Assembly (NCBI GenBank): GCA_010015805.1
Contig: ML978132.1
Coordinates: 496,001-560,000 of the forward strand
Direction of reading: 5' to 3'
Origin: Rhizodiscina lignyota
Lineage: Eukaryota
DNA length: 64,000 bases
The notes under the pieces were generated by a model that saw only the letters and a program-made list of their open reading frames with translations, made no database searches and had not been told where the DNA came from. The translations under genes were made by a program, and so were the position numbers. This document shows, piece after piece, positions 35,949 to 48,932 of this stretch. Positions within the stretch are counted from its first letter, which is position 1, and every line of letters starts with the position of its first letter.

Positions 35949-37125
35949 CATGTTCTCGAGATCCACATCGTAATGCTGGCCACTGAAGCCGACGAGCGCT
36001 TCCGCAAGTATTCTGTTTTCGGTGCTAAAAGAGGTGAAGCATTATCCAATATGAGCATCTTGGGCCTGAACACGAATGATTTTGAGCGTAAAGATCGATG
36101 CTGACAGACGCGTGTGCTCGTAAAGATCCACTTGGACGTATTGGGATCCAGTTGCTGGAGAATATAGAGGATCTAGATAATTGAAGTGGAAACTAGCTAT
36201 ACGAAATGATGTGACTGTATAAGAAAGCTCTACCTTTAGTAATTTCCCGTTGGAGCCACATGTCACTATTCCGGCATGAGAGCCGCATCTTAGTCGTGAT
36301 GTTTCGTCATGCGATCCATATTTTGTTAGCTTGTCATTTCTGCTTACAGGGAAAAGAAAGCTCCAGTACAAGTCTGCAATGAGAGCTGCTTCGGTCTGGG
36401 AGTTTGATAAAGGCTTTTGTCTCTCAAACCGTTGAAGTGAGAGGGAAGTCTCGGGTTGTACGGTCAGATATATCAAAGGTCTAATAACTTTGAGGCTATA
36501 ATTCTAATTCTGTTCCGATCATTCATGATGCGCTACACTGGGCCTTATTAGACTGTAACTCACAAGCTGCATGCGAATAGCGGATCAGAGGCCGTGAGCT
36601 GTGGGTCTTGGAAGTCAGGTGGAACGTCTTCTATGCGACCGAAGCGTCGAAATCGCCACTTCTGCCGACAACCAGCTATGGAGCTGTTGACAAGAACGGT
36701 CTGATGCGGCTTGCTAAGAAAATTAATCTGGACCTTGGGTACATTCGAATTCGAAGGCTATTATACGTAGTATCGCGAGATTGATAGAGTTTAGCGGCTC
36801 GACAGCTGCAGTCCGTCTGCATCTGGGGCGTGACGCGTTGAAAGTTCATTGTAGCTCGCGAGGAATGAGAAAGGTTAGGCTCTGGATTAACTCCAAGGGC
36901 AAGAAGTTTCTGTCTCGCATTAAGTACATATGAAGTACTTCGCACTCCGCAGAGCACTGAGAGTCGTCCGACAGGGGAGAGGCCCCCGCAGACCGCGCTA
37001 AACCCAGTGGCGTAAGTGGCGTTTTGTCTGAATGCGCTCGGTTCTTGACGCGCGAAGCCCGTTCAGTTACTTTGCCTTCTCAAATTCACTTCCCATTATT
37101 CTCTTGAATCCAGTTCTTCATCAGA

Positions 37126-38355
37126 ATGGCGGAGCGAGCGTCCACTCCACCGGCTCGAGCCACACATCCCGGCACTCTGCCACCAAATCCGCTCACTCCA
37201 GAACAAGTTCGACGCACGGTAGGTTAAGAGTCATGCACAAATTACCAAGATTCTAATGATATCTTCTAGGAAGAAGCTCGTCTAAAAGCCAAAGCGCTCC
37301 GCGAACAAGGCGAGTCCGCCGCCCGCGCTCGTGGCGAACCTCCGGTCAGAGTCACACCAAACGGCTTCATTGCAGGCCAAAAGCGTCCCTTCTCCTCCAT
37401 ATCCTCCAGAGCCTCTGTTCCTTCGAACCAGCGCGATGGCCGTACGAATAATGCGTCCCCTGAGAAGCTCAACAATGGCCTCTCGCGGCCGCCCGTGGAC
37501 GATGCGATTCGGCCGGCGAAGAAGTTCGAAAAGTACATCGAGTATGACTTCAGTACGATGACAGACACAAAGGGCGGTTTCCTTTCACAGACGGATGACC
37601 CTCACAATCGTGCACTGCATGCCACGCGCGAAGAAGAAGAAGGGGAGCAGAAGCCGGCACACATGACCATGGCAGAGTGGGAGAGGCAACAATTACTCAA
37701 GAAGCTGCGCGCACAACGGCAAGGCCCATTCGAGCCAGGCATCAGCGTCATGGACAAGGACACGGCGAGCAAAAAGTGTCGGGAGTGTGGCAGTCTGGAG
37801 ATTGACTGGAATTGGGCGGACATCTTTGGCTGCACTGTGTGCAATGCATGCAAGGACAAATTCCCGGAGAAGTACAGCTTGCTCACAAAGACGGAGGCGC
37901 GTGAGGATTATCTGCTTACAGATCCCGAGCTGAAGGATCCGGAGCTGCTGCCATGGCTGGAGAAGCCCAATCCGCACAAGGCGACGTGGAACAATATGCA
38001 GCTGTATCTGCGCTACCAGGTCGAGGAATATGCGTTTAGTGATAGGAGGTGGGGCAGTGCCGAGGCGCTCGATGCAGAGTTTGAGAGGCGGCAAGAGGAC
38101 AAGAAAAAGAAGAAGGAGAAGAAGTTCAAGAATCGCTTAGAGGATTTGAAGAAGAGGACTAGGGTGGAGGCGTACAAGCGAAGTCGTGGCCTGAGCGGAG
38201 TGGACGAAGGAGGTGGTGGAGGATCTGGAGGAGGTTGGGGCAGGCGCGACAAGCACGAGCACGAGTGGGGGAGGCCAGTGGATGATCCAGAGACGGGTAT
38301 TTCACGGAAGCGATGTGTCGAGTGCGGAATGGAAGTAGAAGAGCTGGAGCTGTGA
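37126..38355 (+). CDS. RAD14: DNA repair protein Rad14 (XPA homolog)
   Basis: YIEYDFSTMTDTKGGF, C4 zinc finger CRECG...CTVCNAC, KYSLLTKTEAREDYLLTDPEL, KPNPH, MQLYLRYQVEEYA, C-terminal CVECGMEVEELEL. Intron ~37219-37269. Confidence 0.96.
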
Positions 38356-39116
38356 TGTATCGCGATGAGTTTGTGATCATGGTTTTGTTGCATACCGCTC
38401 TGGCTGATTATGTGGAGCATTATTGGTCCGTCCGTACCATGATATGTTAAACAAAGTTTCGGATGTATGACGTCCAAAGCATCCTTGCTCAATCACTCAC
38501 AGCTAAATGTTGCTGAAAGGAGAGCATCTCGCAAATGAAACGCGAAAGCACGTGACTCGGTGCTCACTCAGCAGCGGCTTGGCGCGGATTCCTTTGGCTC
38601 CGGACGAGACGATCTCTTCTCAAGCCAACTTCATGTTTCCGCTCAGAGTAATTGCAGAATGCCATAAACGACGCCCCTACAGCGCAACCTGAGGGTGTAC
38701 TAGGTAAGCGCGGGATAACTCGCCATTTTCTAATCGACGAATCGAGAGTCTTCTCGGTAACCCGAGTCTCCGCCAAACCGTCCGAATCATTTCGTGATTA
38801 GTGAGCGACGCCTCCGTAGGGAAAGTCGCGAGGAATAGTTTGATATCTTCAATTCTCTCTCGGCTTAATACCCCTCACAATAGTTCATACCGTCCCTCAG
38901 TTTATTCTTGTCCTTTGAGCAGAACTGTACGAACTCCTGCCGACATCCTTCTACTTCTGCACAGAAATTTCACGTCATCAATTTTCAGTCCGACCCGCTG
39001 TTGCTCAGCTTCAGCTTCTCCAAGGAAAGCTGAATCATAGAAGTTCCTGGGATTCCTATTCTGGCACCTGTATTAGTCGACAGAATAAATCAGCATCAAA
39101 CAAAGGGCGTACCGCA

Positions 39117-40346
39117 ATGGCCATATCACCCGCCGTGCATGAAAAGGTAACTCACCCCGCTGTTCACAAATTCTCTTTACCTCCTCTTTTACCAGTTGCG
39201 CATTACTTCCTAGTCGCTTCCTTTTGACGCTTTTACCTAGGGAGCCCATCCAATTGTAGATGCAAGTGGCTACTTTCGTCGCCAGCCGTCTCAATTCCGC
39301 AACTTCGTGAAGGCCGACCCAGACGCAATGTTTCCAGCGGAGAAGAACCGGTATGCGCTTTACATCCACCCGGGATGTCCTTGGGCGCATCGTGCAAACT
39401 TGACGAGATCGCTCAAGGGGCTAGAAGATGTTGTCCAACTCATCCCCTTGGATTCTATGGACCCTGTCAAAGGATGGTTCTTCTCAGGCACAAGAGCCGG
39501 ACCGGAGAGAGACCCGCTGTACGGCGCAAAGTATTTGCGTGAGATATATCTCAGGGCTGATCCGAATTATACCGGTCGAGTCACTGTTCCCATGCTGTGG
39601 GATAAGAAAACAGGTGAGCCTTCTTGATCGCACCTAAAGTTGACATTTTCAGCAGCTAAACCTTCCCGTAGAGACTGTCGTAAGCAACGAAAGCAGCGAG
39701 ATCATTCGCATGTTCTACGAATCTTTCGATGAGTTCGTCCCAGAGGAACTGCGCGAGGCAAAGAAAGGAGAAGGAGCTTTATTCCCACCTCATCTGCAAA
39801 AAGAAATCGAAGAGTTAAATGAATGGGTCTACGATACCATCAACAACGGTGTCTACAAGACAGGTTATGCAACGACACAGGCAGCTTACGAAGAGCACAT
39901 CTATCCGCTCTTCAAAAGCCTCGATAAACTCGAAAAGCACTTGAGTGAACCGGGCCATTCACCGTATTTATTTGGCGAGCACATCACCGACGCCGATATT
40001 CGACTATTTCCGACTCTAGTGAGATTCGACGCCGCGTACCACACCACGTTCAAGTGCAACTTGAAGATGATTCGGCATGATTATCCGCGGCTACATGATT
40101 GGCTGAGGCGCTTATATTGGAATGAGAGAGCGTTTAGGGACACAACCTACTTTGATATAGTGAGTAGTTGATCTCCACAAGGTCTTGTACAGACATCGCT
40201 GACTCGCACAGATCAAGCGTGGCTACGCCCGCACTATGCAGAGGTTAGTATACAACAACCCCTTGTATTGCGTAGAAACTAATGTACGAAATAGTGGTAT
40301 TATCCCCGCTGGCCCTCTGCCTAACATTTTACCTCTCGAGGCATGA
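39117..40346 (+). CDS. Omega-like GST / glutathionyl-hydroquinone reductase (Ecm4/Gto family)
   Basis: FRRQPSQFRN, RYALYIHPGCPWAHRA (CPWA active site), VTVPMLWDKK|ETVVSNESSEIIRM, INNGVYKTG, DIRLFPTLVRFD; last exon IIPAGPLPNILPLEA*. Four introns. Confidence 0.93.
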
Positions 40347-40577
40347 ACCTAAAATTGTACATGTACCGTTTCATATTTGGTCTGAATACCCACTGCATAT
40401 CGGGCGTTGGTTATTGTGTCAAGCGTATCATTCTCTTAAATTGATGTATTCTTCCAGCCAATATTATACGCGATCATGTCTTGCACTCTGTTTCCTACAG
40501 CTTCGGACTATCCGCTGCACTACGACGACATCATAAGCTCGGCCGAACAGACATACCTCCATCAAACAATCGCTCAC

Positions 40578-41121
40578 TCACGAGAAACCTTTCAATTGCG
40601 CAGCACCATCCATCGCCGGCAACCAATTTGCACGATGGCCAACCCACAACTCTGCATCTGGCTTGGCACTACCAATTCCGTCGTCCAGGCAGCCAGCGCC
40701 AACAATGTACACGGGCTTAAAGTCCTCGGCCTCGTCGTTCGCCTTGCTGATGAGCGTGCCGCACTCGCCGCAGAAGGTGGTCTTGAAATGCAGACCCGTG
40801 TCAGATTGCGTGAAGGTATACGTCTTCATGACACTGGGAGACGACGGCTTGAACGTGAAGTTAGTGCGTGGAATGAGGAGGTTGGTTGTGTAGGCACTCC
40901 CGGTGCGGTGCTGGCACTCGAGGCAGTGGCAGAGGGCCTGAGCTGCGTTAGCAGGGGAATACGTGCCTGGCCTGAAGAGGAAGAGGAAGGGTGGAGGCTC
41001 GCAGAGGAGCATGTGTAATCCCTTGGAGACAATTTACCTTCATCGCTGGTTCGCCGGTGAACTCGAACTTGAGGGCACCGCAGACGCATGCGCCGGTGGT
41101 CTTCTTTTCTTTGCCGTTCAT
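40578..41121 (-). CDS. GFA / CENP-V (Mss4-like) zinc-binding protein
   Basis: GACVCGALKF, spliced ALCHCLECQHRTGS (intron 41037-40938), FCGECGTLI. Confidence 0.9.
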
Positions 41122-41623
41122 CTTGTTGTCTTTACTATCGATTCGCAGTCTTGCTCTGGATTTCCTGACTCTCAGTGCTCGTTTGCAGATAAATATACGT
41201 CTTGACTTCTGAACTCGGCACAATGAGAAGGCGTCTGACTTCTCAAATTGTCCCCGGATCTAGCTGACCTCTTGCCTTTTATATTCAACCGAACAAATGG
41301 GAAGCACACCTAGGTCGGCGACGTTAAAGTTACGAGTACGGAGTCAAGTTCAGCTCGCTGACGACATGAACATTAAATGCTCGTTGCCTCCATAGGGATT
41401 TTCCCGTTTCTACTCTTCACTTCCAGCTGCCCAGCTCGTTCAATGCTTAAACCATGAATCTCCGCCAAGCCCTGACCATACTCGTGGCGGGATCCCGGGC
41501 GAATGGTGGTGAGAGGAGCCCGAGCGAGCCATTTACGTTCGTAGATCTAGACTTTGTGGGGCTGGAGCGGCCGCGTGGACTGCTGCTTCTTGGTGAGACG
41601 AGGAGCTGAGATGGCGCTGCTTT

Positions 41624-41677
41624 TGCGGAGCGGATGTGCGGGATGCCGCTTTAACGTGGTGCGGAGCGGATGTGCGG
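41624..41677. repeat. Short direct repeat TGCGGAGCGGATGTGCGG, two copies 36 bp apart
   Basis: Identical 18-mers at 41624-41641 and 41660-41677. Confidence 0.85.
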
Positions 41678-42597
41678 AATTCCTGGGGAGGTGACGCTGC
41701 TTTGGAATAGGCTGTTCGACTCCCGAAGGCAACTGATTGTGATGAGGTACATGTCTGAGACGGAGGGCGCACAATACAGGGTAGGTCTCACTTCAGATGG
41801 GAGATAGATACAAGCTGATTAGGCTACTGGTCTAGAGGCTGGGATGCCGTCTTGTCGGTTTCTGGATTGAACCTCCCCGGATCTTTGGAGAAGCTTGAAT
41901 ATATCAAACTCGAGAGTAGCATGCGGATGTTTAATTTTCACAAGTATGCTATGCAACCAAGTTTATTGATATGTTAGACGCTCGAACGCAAGAAATTTCA
42001 ATGTGTTAGGCTATGTATTCCTAGTTTTGGTGAGACTCAGTCCGTGGACTCATGAGATAGTTCGCCGGGATGATTGAAAAAAGGATGCCCACTCCATAGA
42101 TAGTGATTGCAAATATGCAACATTGTTTCAGGTTGTATCCACCTAGCGGATCTGTATGATTAATTGTGAATGTGCTTAGAGATCGGCTCTAAGAAGTGCG
42201 TTGAAATTTGCAGCTCGGAGCAGACATGAAGATCGAGAAGGTGGAGATGCACCTTTTAGTAAACTGTTGCCAATGTGTTGTCCGAAGTTTCGTATCGCAC
42301 TTCACTTCCTTCATCCCCTATTACCCATTGCCGATTCCACTAAGTGCATGGTGGTATTAAAAATCGTCCCGTGGACTTAGTGAGGCACCCGGAGTTTAAC
42401 ATCAACATGATTGGGTGTTGATGAGGCGAGTATCGCTCTAGTCCTGTCTAGTATTTCGGTATACGGGCTGCGGATTTGAGATCGGTTACTAGAGAGTGAC
42501 TAATGGTAGTATCCGCACATTTATACATTTCAGAATCGGCGACGATAGGCGAGAATGCTTCCATAGTGAAGGGAGGTTGTGCCTTGGCTCTGGAGAG

Positions 42598-43835
42598 CTA
42601 AATCCCGCAAAGTGCTCCATGGCATATCGTACAAGGCACGCCAGTGTGAACCGTCGGACATCCGACAGATGACTCAAAGACTTGTTTCAAGATAATTTTC
42701 CTTGTGCGTTCAGCATCCAGTCTTCGAAGTTCTCCTTCCTGTCTCATCATCTTTTTCCTCTGCATATTCCTGATCCAACGAAGGCGCGCGCCTCCAATGG
42801 TATCCACATGAGGCTTGTAATCTGGCTCTTCCCGCTCGGCACTCGTGCCACCCGGTTCCAAAACAAGGTGATTAGCTCCATTAGATGCAGCTGCCGCAAT
42901 GGCCGCACCTTCTTCTCCAAAGGCATAAAGTTGGCTGTTGCTCAGGTCCGCGGCGCATAACGGTAGTACATAGAATGAAAGGTTCGAAACTTGCGATAGG
43001 CTCAGCTTGGAGAGGACTGAAAGTGCTGTGGTGTAGAGTGCGGTGCTCGCAAAAGACGACATTGAATGTCGCCTGATAGCTCTATTGTAGACTCTTGAGG
43101 TTCGAAGGTCCTGTTCAAATGTGAACCCAAGTACTTCCGTACTGGTTTCACTCGAGGGCAGAACTTCCGCAGTTTTCCCTTTCGTACTTAGGGAACCGTC
43201 GTAAGAACACTCATGGCAGGACCTGGTATCCGGGACAGTCAAGCCTTCCCGCTCAAGCTTCTTCATGCGTTCGGCAAGGTCTGCGTTGCTCTGGAGAACA
43301 TGCTCGACTAGGGAGCAAAGTCGTTCTGTGGAGGCCTCTGCCTCTTTCATGGATTCGCTGCATGTCGGTTAGCATTCCCATCTGTCAATCCCATTTAAGG
43401 TCCCTACCATTGCAGAATAGACAGCATTAAAGAGAGGGAGGTCTTGTGGTTTTGCAGACGCTGCACAATGCTCATGACTCTGGACTGGTATCGAACCCAT
43501 TTCACTCTGTCGAATAGGCGCATGTCATCACTAGTTTTCAGCCCATCCAGTAATGACTGCAAGTCCGAATATGTTGTCACGCAGCCCGTCAGAGTCGTTA
43601 ACACTTGCTCGAGCAGAATCAATGATCCGCGTTTAGAGTTGGCTTGGGTTTGCCCATTGACATATGCCTCAAGGTGACTCAGAGCGGCGGTAATGTCTAT
43701 GATTTCCTGGAGTGCGGTACGAGCAAGGCCGGGCGCGTCGTGTACCTTCGAGATGATGGAAAATAACAAAGACGAGAGCTTTGTGCCGGCTCCTAGCAGC
43801 CCAACAACGGACGCTGTCACAGATAGCGGATCCAT
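42598..43835 (-). CDS. Protein with a fungal STAND N-terminal (HeLo-like/SesA-type) helical domain, lacking an NTPase
   Basis: MDPLSVTASVVGLL...FDRVKW...VQRLQNHKTSLSLMLSILQ, intron ~43406-43360, then ESMKEAE...FTFEQDLRTSRVYNR...SVLSKLSLSQVSNLS. Confidence 0.75.
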
Positions 43836-44876
43836 GGACCAGAACCCGAAAGTTTGGTACGTTAAAGGTTGTTGCTAGCCTTTCCACTCTGGAGGGTCTT
43901 CAATGCTGAGTTGGCAAGGCTCTGCCCGTACCTCTTCAATTGGCACTGCCACCACCGTGCCGAACGAACCCCTGAGTGGACACCGCATCTTTGTCTCAGC
44001 CTTGCTAAAGGCAACTGATATTGAAGCTCACGCCTGATGCATCAAGTACGAGAGGACTTTCTTCCTCCATGGTACTTACAATAAGAGGAGAGGTAAACTT
44101 AGATCCAGCGAGTTAGGACCCGCCGTAACTTCTTGGAGGACGTCGGTTCCAAGGTTTCGGCAATTGAGCTCAGTAGTCGTAGTTGATTCTAGGCTCGACT
44201 CTGTCCTTTTCTATGGCGTTCGAGGGCCAAAAAAGGAACTTCAGAATGCGCAGCAGCCGACTTGTCCATGTTTTCTTACCGTGCTCTGTGTAGTTTGATT
44301 CTGTGTATTCCGGACGAGAACGATCTCAGGATGGCGAGTTCTCCACAGATGTTTTCTCGGCGCCTTGCCCTTTTTGGACGCTATACTTTCCTATCCAGGC
44401 CTAGTGCCCCCACGACTCGGGAATGTCTTGAGAACTCGGGATTGTAGAGGCTTCATCGCATTACGCGGCAAGACACTTTCCTCATCAGCAGCTGCCGTCA
44501 TTGGTTAATGCAGTGCCGTTGGTACTCAGTGGTCGCGGCGAAGTTTCAGTCCGGCACCGATAGCAAGTGCCCCGGAGATATGGTCGGAGCTATAGCACGA
44601 TGAGAGGATCGAATAGCATTAGATTGCTACAGCGGGACCCTGAAGGCTATGTACCTACCGAAATTGGCGTCCAGAATGCTGTCGTCACTGAGTAGGTGTA
44701 GAAGGGTGCATACCAAGACGCTCGACCGTTCGACCGAAGTTCGACGATGCATAAAAAGGGATGTCTTCCTCTTCTACTCGGTCCAATGAGCCATCAGTTC
44801 CGTTCATCTCTTTATCCACCACCAGAGTATCACAGAGTACAAAAAGTCTTAACTTCTTTCACATTTTGACTCCATC

Positions 44877-45860
44877 ATGGCGTCTTTTGCTCATTTCCTC
44901 AGGTCTCAATGGCTCTTTACCCCACCTTATCCCAAGCAGTCATTTGAGGGACAAACCGTCATCATCACCGGGTCAAATACAGGTTTGGGCCGTGAGGCAG
45001 CTCGGCACATCGTTCGCCTTGGCGCAGAGAAGGTCATAATCGCATGTCGAAGTGCTGAAAAGGGCGAAGCTGCTAGAGCCAACATTGAGAAATCAACTGG
45101 ACGCACCAATGTCATCGAAGTTTGGCAATTAGATCTAGGATCTTACGACAGCGTCAAGGAATTCGCAAAGCGGGCCGAAGGCCTTCCACGCATCGACGTC
45201 CTTCTCGAGAATGCTGGCATTGCAAAAAACTACTGGAGCATGATAGCAGACAACGAGTCATGCGTTACCGTCAACGTTATCTCCACGATGCTCCTTGGTA
45301 TCCTTCTTCTCCCAAAGCTTAAGCAGGTTGCAACGAAGTACAAGATCCGCCCAATCCTCAGCATCGTCAATTCGGAAGTGCATGGCTACACGCAACTCCC
45401 GGAGCGCAAGGCGCCGGGCAAACTGTTCGACAACCTGAACGACGAAAAATTGTCCGCGCCGTATGTCAAGGAACGGTACCCCGTCAGCAAGCTCCTGCAG
45501 GTCTTCGCGACACGCGCGCTGGTGGATGAGTACGCCTCGCCGGCCGACCAGTTCCCTGTTACGATTAACCTGGTCAATCCTGGCCTATGCTACTCTGAAC
45601 TCAGTCGCGAGCAGGGCCCGATGTTCAGGTTCATGCAGATAGTCTTGGGTGCGCGGAGTACTGAAGTGGGCAGCAGGACATTGGTTTGGGGCGCTGCTGG
45701 TGGGCCTGAGACGCATGGGAAGTACATGAGTGACTGTAAGGTGGCAGAGTTCGGCCGGTTTGTGACGACTGAGGAGGGAGTGAAGACGCAGCAGCGCACG
45801 TGGGAGGAGCTCAAGGAGAAGCTGAAGAAGATTGAGCCAGGTCTCTTTGATAGGCTGTGA
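44877..45860 (+). CDS. Short-chain dehydrogenase/reductase (retinol-dehydrogenase-like)
   Basis: ITGSNTGLG, LDLGSYDSV, LENAG, YPVSK (YxxxK), VNPGLC. Intronless. Confidence 0.95.
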   Translation: MASFAHFLRSQWLFTPPYPKQSFEGQTVIITGSNTGLGREAARHIVRLGAEKVIIACRSAEKGEAARANIEKSTGRTNVIEVWQLDLGSYDSVKEFAKRAEGLPRIDVLLENAGIAKNYWSMIADNESCVTVNVISTMLLGILLLPKLKQVATKYKIRPILSIVNSEVHGYTQLPERKAPGKLFDNLNDEKLSAPYVKERYPVSKLLQVFATRALVDEYASPADQFPVTINLVNPGLCYSELSREQGPMFRFMQIVLGARSTEVGSRTLVWGAAGGPETHGKYMSDCKVAEFGRFVTTEEGVKTQQRTWEELKEKLKKIEPGLFDRL

Positions 45861-46111
45861 TCCTGTTTTGATTTGATTTTCGATCAGTTTCGGACTGCTG
45901 GTGGGATCTTTTCTCTCTATGACAGGGGCTAGGGACAAATTTCATGTGGCCTTTGAAGCAGACAATATCGAAACGGTTCAACGATTGCCATTCTGTCTAT
46001 TTTCTTCAGCCTCCAAAGGCTGGTGATGACCCAGAGCTCTTAAAAATGCTGACATCTGTGCATTGATATGGCGCAAGAAGTAGATGCTGTCAACCTCACT
46101 AGTTGCCACAT

Positions 46112-46893
46112 CTACTCCTCCTTAGCACCACCCCTTCCAGCTCTCTCGGCCTGCTCAATGCTCTTCTTATCCGTCTTGATCTCTCCACCCTGCATCGCGC
46201 CCATGAGGCCGCCACTTTGCTTCCAAGGCCTCTTCAAGTCACCAGTCGCCGGTTTGCCGAGGAGATGAACTTTGACCAAGTTGCCCTCGAATGCGCTCTT
46301 CACCGGGATGAGGCTCTGGATGAGCAGCGGGTTTGTGTACTTGAAGTACAGGTGCATGACGGCCATCATGCCGACACCCATGAGCTGTGCCTTGAAGAGG
46401 CCTTGCAGCTGCTGCAGGTCGTACGCGTGGATCGTCGTCGTGACGGACTTGGGCTCTTCACTGGAGCCCATGGGAGCGGGCTCAACGTATTTGATGACGG
46501 TCATGTCTGCTCACACGTCAGTCTTCGTGTGGGTGGCAATGGCATAGCCAGCCCAAGCCTGAATGCAATCCAGACAGCGGCATTTGTAACGTACCCCTCT
46601 TCTTCTTAATCTGCGCCCGAACATACAGATATACGCCGACGATGAGGAGGTTGGAGAACACGTAGAGGGCACGCACGCCGTTCAGCACCATTGGGTCATC
46701 GAACGGAATCTTTTTCGACGCTTGCATCATCAGGCTGCGGTTATCGTGAGCGCACACATGGAGAGACTGAGGCAATAGTTTCATACAGAATGATGACAAG
46801 GTTCGTACTGCGACACGCGATCAATCGTTAGCTATTGCGCAAACGTCACACAAGCGATCAGAGAACTTACATCTGTGGACTTAGCCCGGCCAT
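46112..46893 (-). CDS. PHO88: Pho88/SND3 ER membrane protein
   Basis: Exons 46893-46871, 46807-46787, 46734-46595 and 46506-46112 give MAGLSPQITNLVIILLMMQASKKIPFDDP...YDLQQL...MHLYFKYTNPLLIQS...GDLKRPW. Confidence 0.95.
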
Positions 46894-47847
46894 TGTGAAG
46901 ACTTTGCTTGTGTTTCCTTGTCGAGGCTGAGAAGAGGGTCGCAGGATGTACTGGATGGCGATGAGTAGGAAGAGGGGGAGGGAAGAAGAGCGATGGAGGA
47001 GTAATTTGAAGGCTGGAGGTGGTGTTTTTCAATGGCGCAAACGGCCAGGTCCCGTCTTGACAGATTTCGGGTGTGCCGCCGACGTGCACGGACACTTTTG
47101 CTCTTCCGCCTCCTTCGACCGTCGTCCATTCCTTCACCTTCCTCTTATGTCGAAATGAGTGTTCTTCAAGAGATCCAAATCACCAAACCAAACCAGAAAA
47201 ACAAACTTTAGTGAGTGGAACTGACTGTAAGATGGCGTAAGGAAGACACATTCCAATGATGCGACTGTAACAAAAGAGACGTATCGCAAAAGTTTCTCTT
47301 CAGCTTCATGCTAGCATTGGCCCTGATGCATAGTTTATGAGATCTCATTATATCCACCGTCCAACCAGCTCAAACCATCCCGTTCATCATTCAGATCAGA
47401 CTCGTTTACTTCCCCTTTCTGTAATAATTTGTCAGGGCAATCTCTTCGTTGCCAAAGCCACAAATGCAAAAGCTCTAAGAGACAGGCATGAACATCTCAA
47501 TAAGCATATCCTGTAGGATTGTCCATGAACCTTAAAGTAGCAATTTATCTATCCATGCCTCGAGATCCGGGCGTCGTATTGCTCTTATACAGGTAGGCTC
47601 ATTCTCGACACACATTTTGCGTAACACGCTGTATCTCCAACACTACGTAAAGAACACCAAAGGTCGTCTACCTCAAACCTTTGCCCACCACCCCTGCACC
47701 CCGCAGGCTGCAAACTATAAATCTGCTTCAACCTTCTCCACTTCACCTCTTCTCTTACACTTCACAACACCAGCTCCCGACTTTCACAACCAGCCAACAC
47801 CAACTTCAAAGCTTCACTTCCACACTCAATCATCACATTACTAAATC

Positions 47848-48441
47848 ATGGCTCCCAACCAGAGTATTGAATGGACTGCTGAAGCAGACCGTAAGGTAAT
47901 CACCGCCGCCGCAGAACCTTCACTTCACCCCAGAGCTAACACTCTCCCACAGCTGTTCTACGCCATCCTCGTCCACAAGGGCCTCAAGTTCGGCAAGGAT
48001 GACCACGAAGCCATCGCCAAGATGATGAGTGAAGGTGAGCTGCAAGTCGAGCCATCACCAGACCGCGTCCTCTTGGACGGTCGCCTTTCCCATTCGCGCT
48101 TTCGCCCGCGCGCTTCAGACGCACCTTGTAAGATCTAACACTTCGCGAGATGCATACTAATATTACGTTTCACATCAGGCTGCTCTCCCGGCGCTGTCAG
48201 GAACCGTCTCAGTGCCCTGCAGACCAAGCTCAAGAAGGAGGGCGTCGACAATGTCGCGGGTGCGGTCACCAAGAAGGGTGGCATAGCGCTCAGCGCTAAG
48301 TCCCCGAACAGCAAGCGCAAGGCGGACACTCCAAAGGACGAGGACGACTTCAGCTCGTCGATCAAGGGCAAGAAGCTCAAGTATGACGACTCTGATGATG
48401 ACGACATGGATGGCTCGGACGACAAGGACGTTCTGGTCTAA
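47848..48441 (+). CDS. Small Myb-like/basic-acidic nuclear protein (fungal, uncharacterised)
   Basis: Spliced WTAEADRK|LFYAIL...EAIAKMMSE|GCSPGAVRNRLSAL, then Lys-rich and Asp-rich tail. TATAAA at 47716 and a CA/CT-rich leader. Confidence 0.7.
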
Positions 48442-48932
48442 GTCATGGACGCGATAGTCAATCGAGGTGAAAATGGCGGCGAGGACGAAGTAGTCTAGCC
48501 AAAGCTGGCAATTGCATGGAGTTGACTCTGGGGAGTACGGCGGTGGCTTTGTTTTCTTTGGGCTTCGTGGGCAGGATATCAAATGACAGACAAATGCAAG
48601 CCCTCTCTACATAAGCTATTACTGCGCTCGTGCACTTCCCGTGAAGACAAACACACGTATAATGATGTAATACTCCCGCTATCTTGGTGGTGGGCGGCGT
48701 AGCCACCCATCTCGATACATGGGCGACGCTCGTCACATAGCAGCACCAAGGGTACACATACTCAACGCGCTAAGTAAGAGAAGCTCATCCAATGCTCGCG
48801 ACGAAGTCAAAAAGCGTCATATTCAATTCAAACCGCGTTCTAATAACGTGTTCTAACACCACAAAAGCCAGCTCGTTCGTCGCTCTCCGGTTTCAACATC
48901 ATCCTTCCAATTCATCGCGGCCCATCCATCTC

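Noticed and set aside
46787..46893. PHO88 23-nt and 21-nt coding micro-exons as a novelty
   Set aside because: Short 5' exons are common in filamentous fungal genes, and they restore the expected protein.
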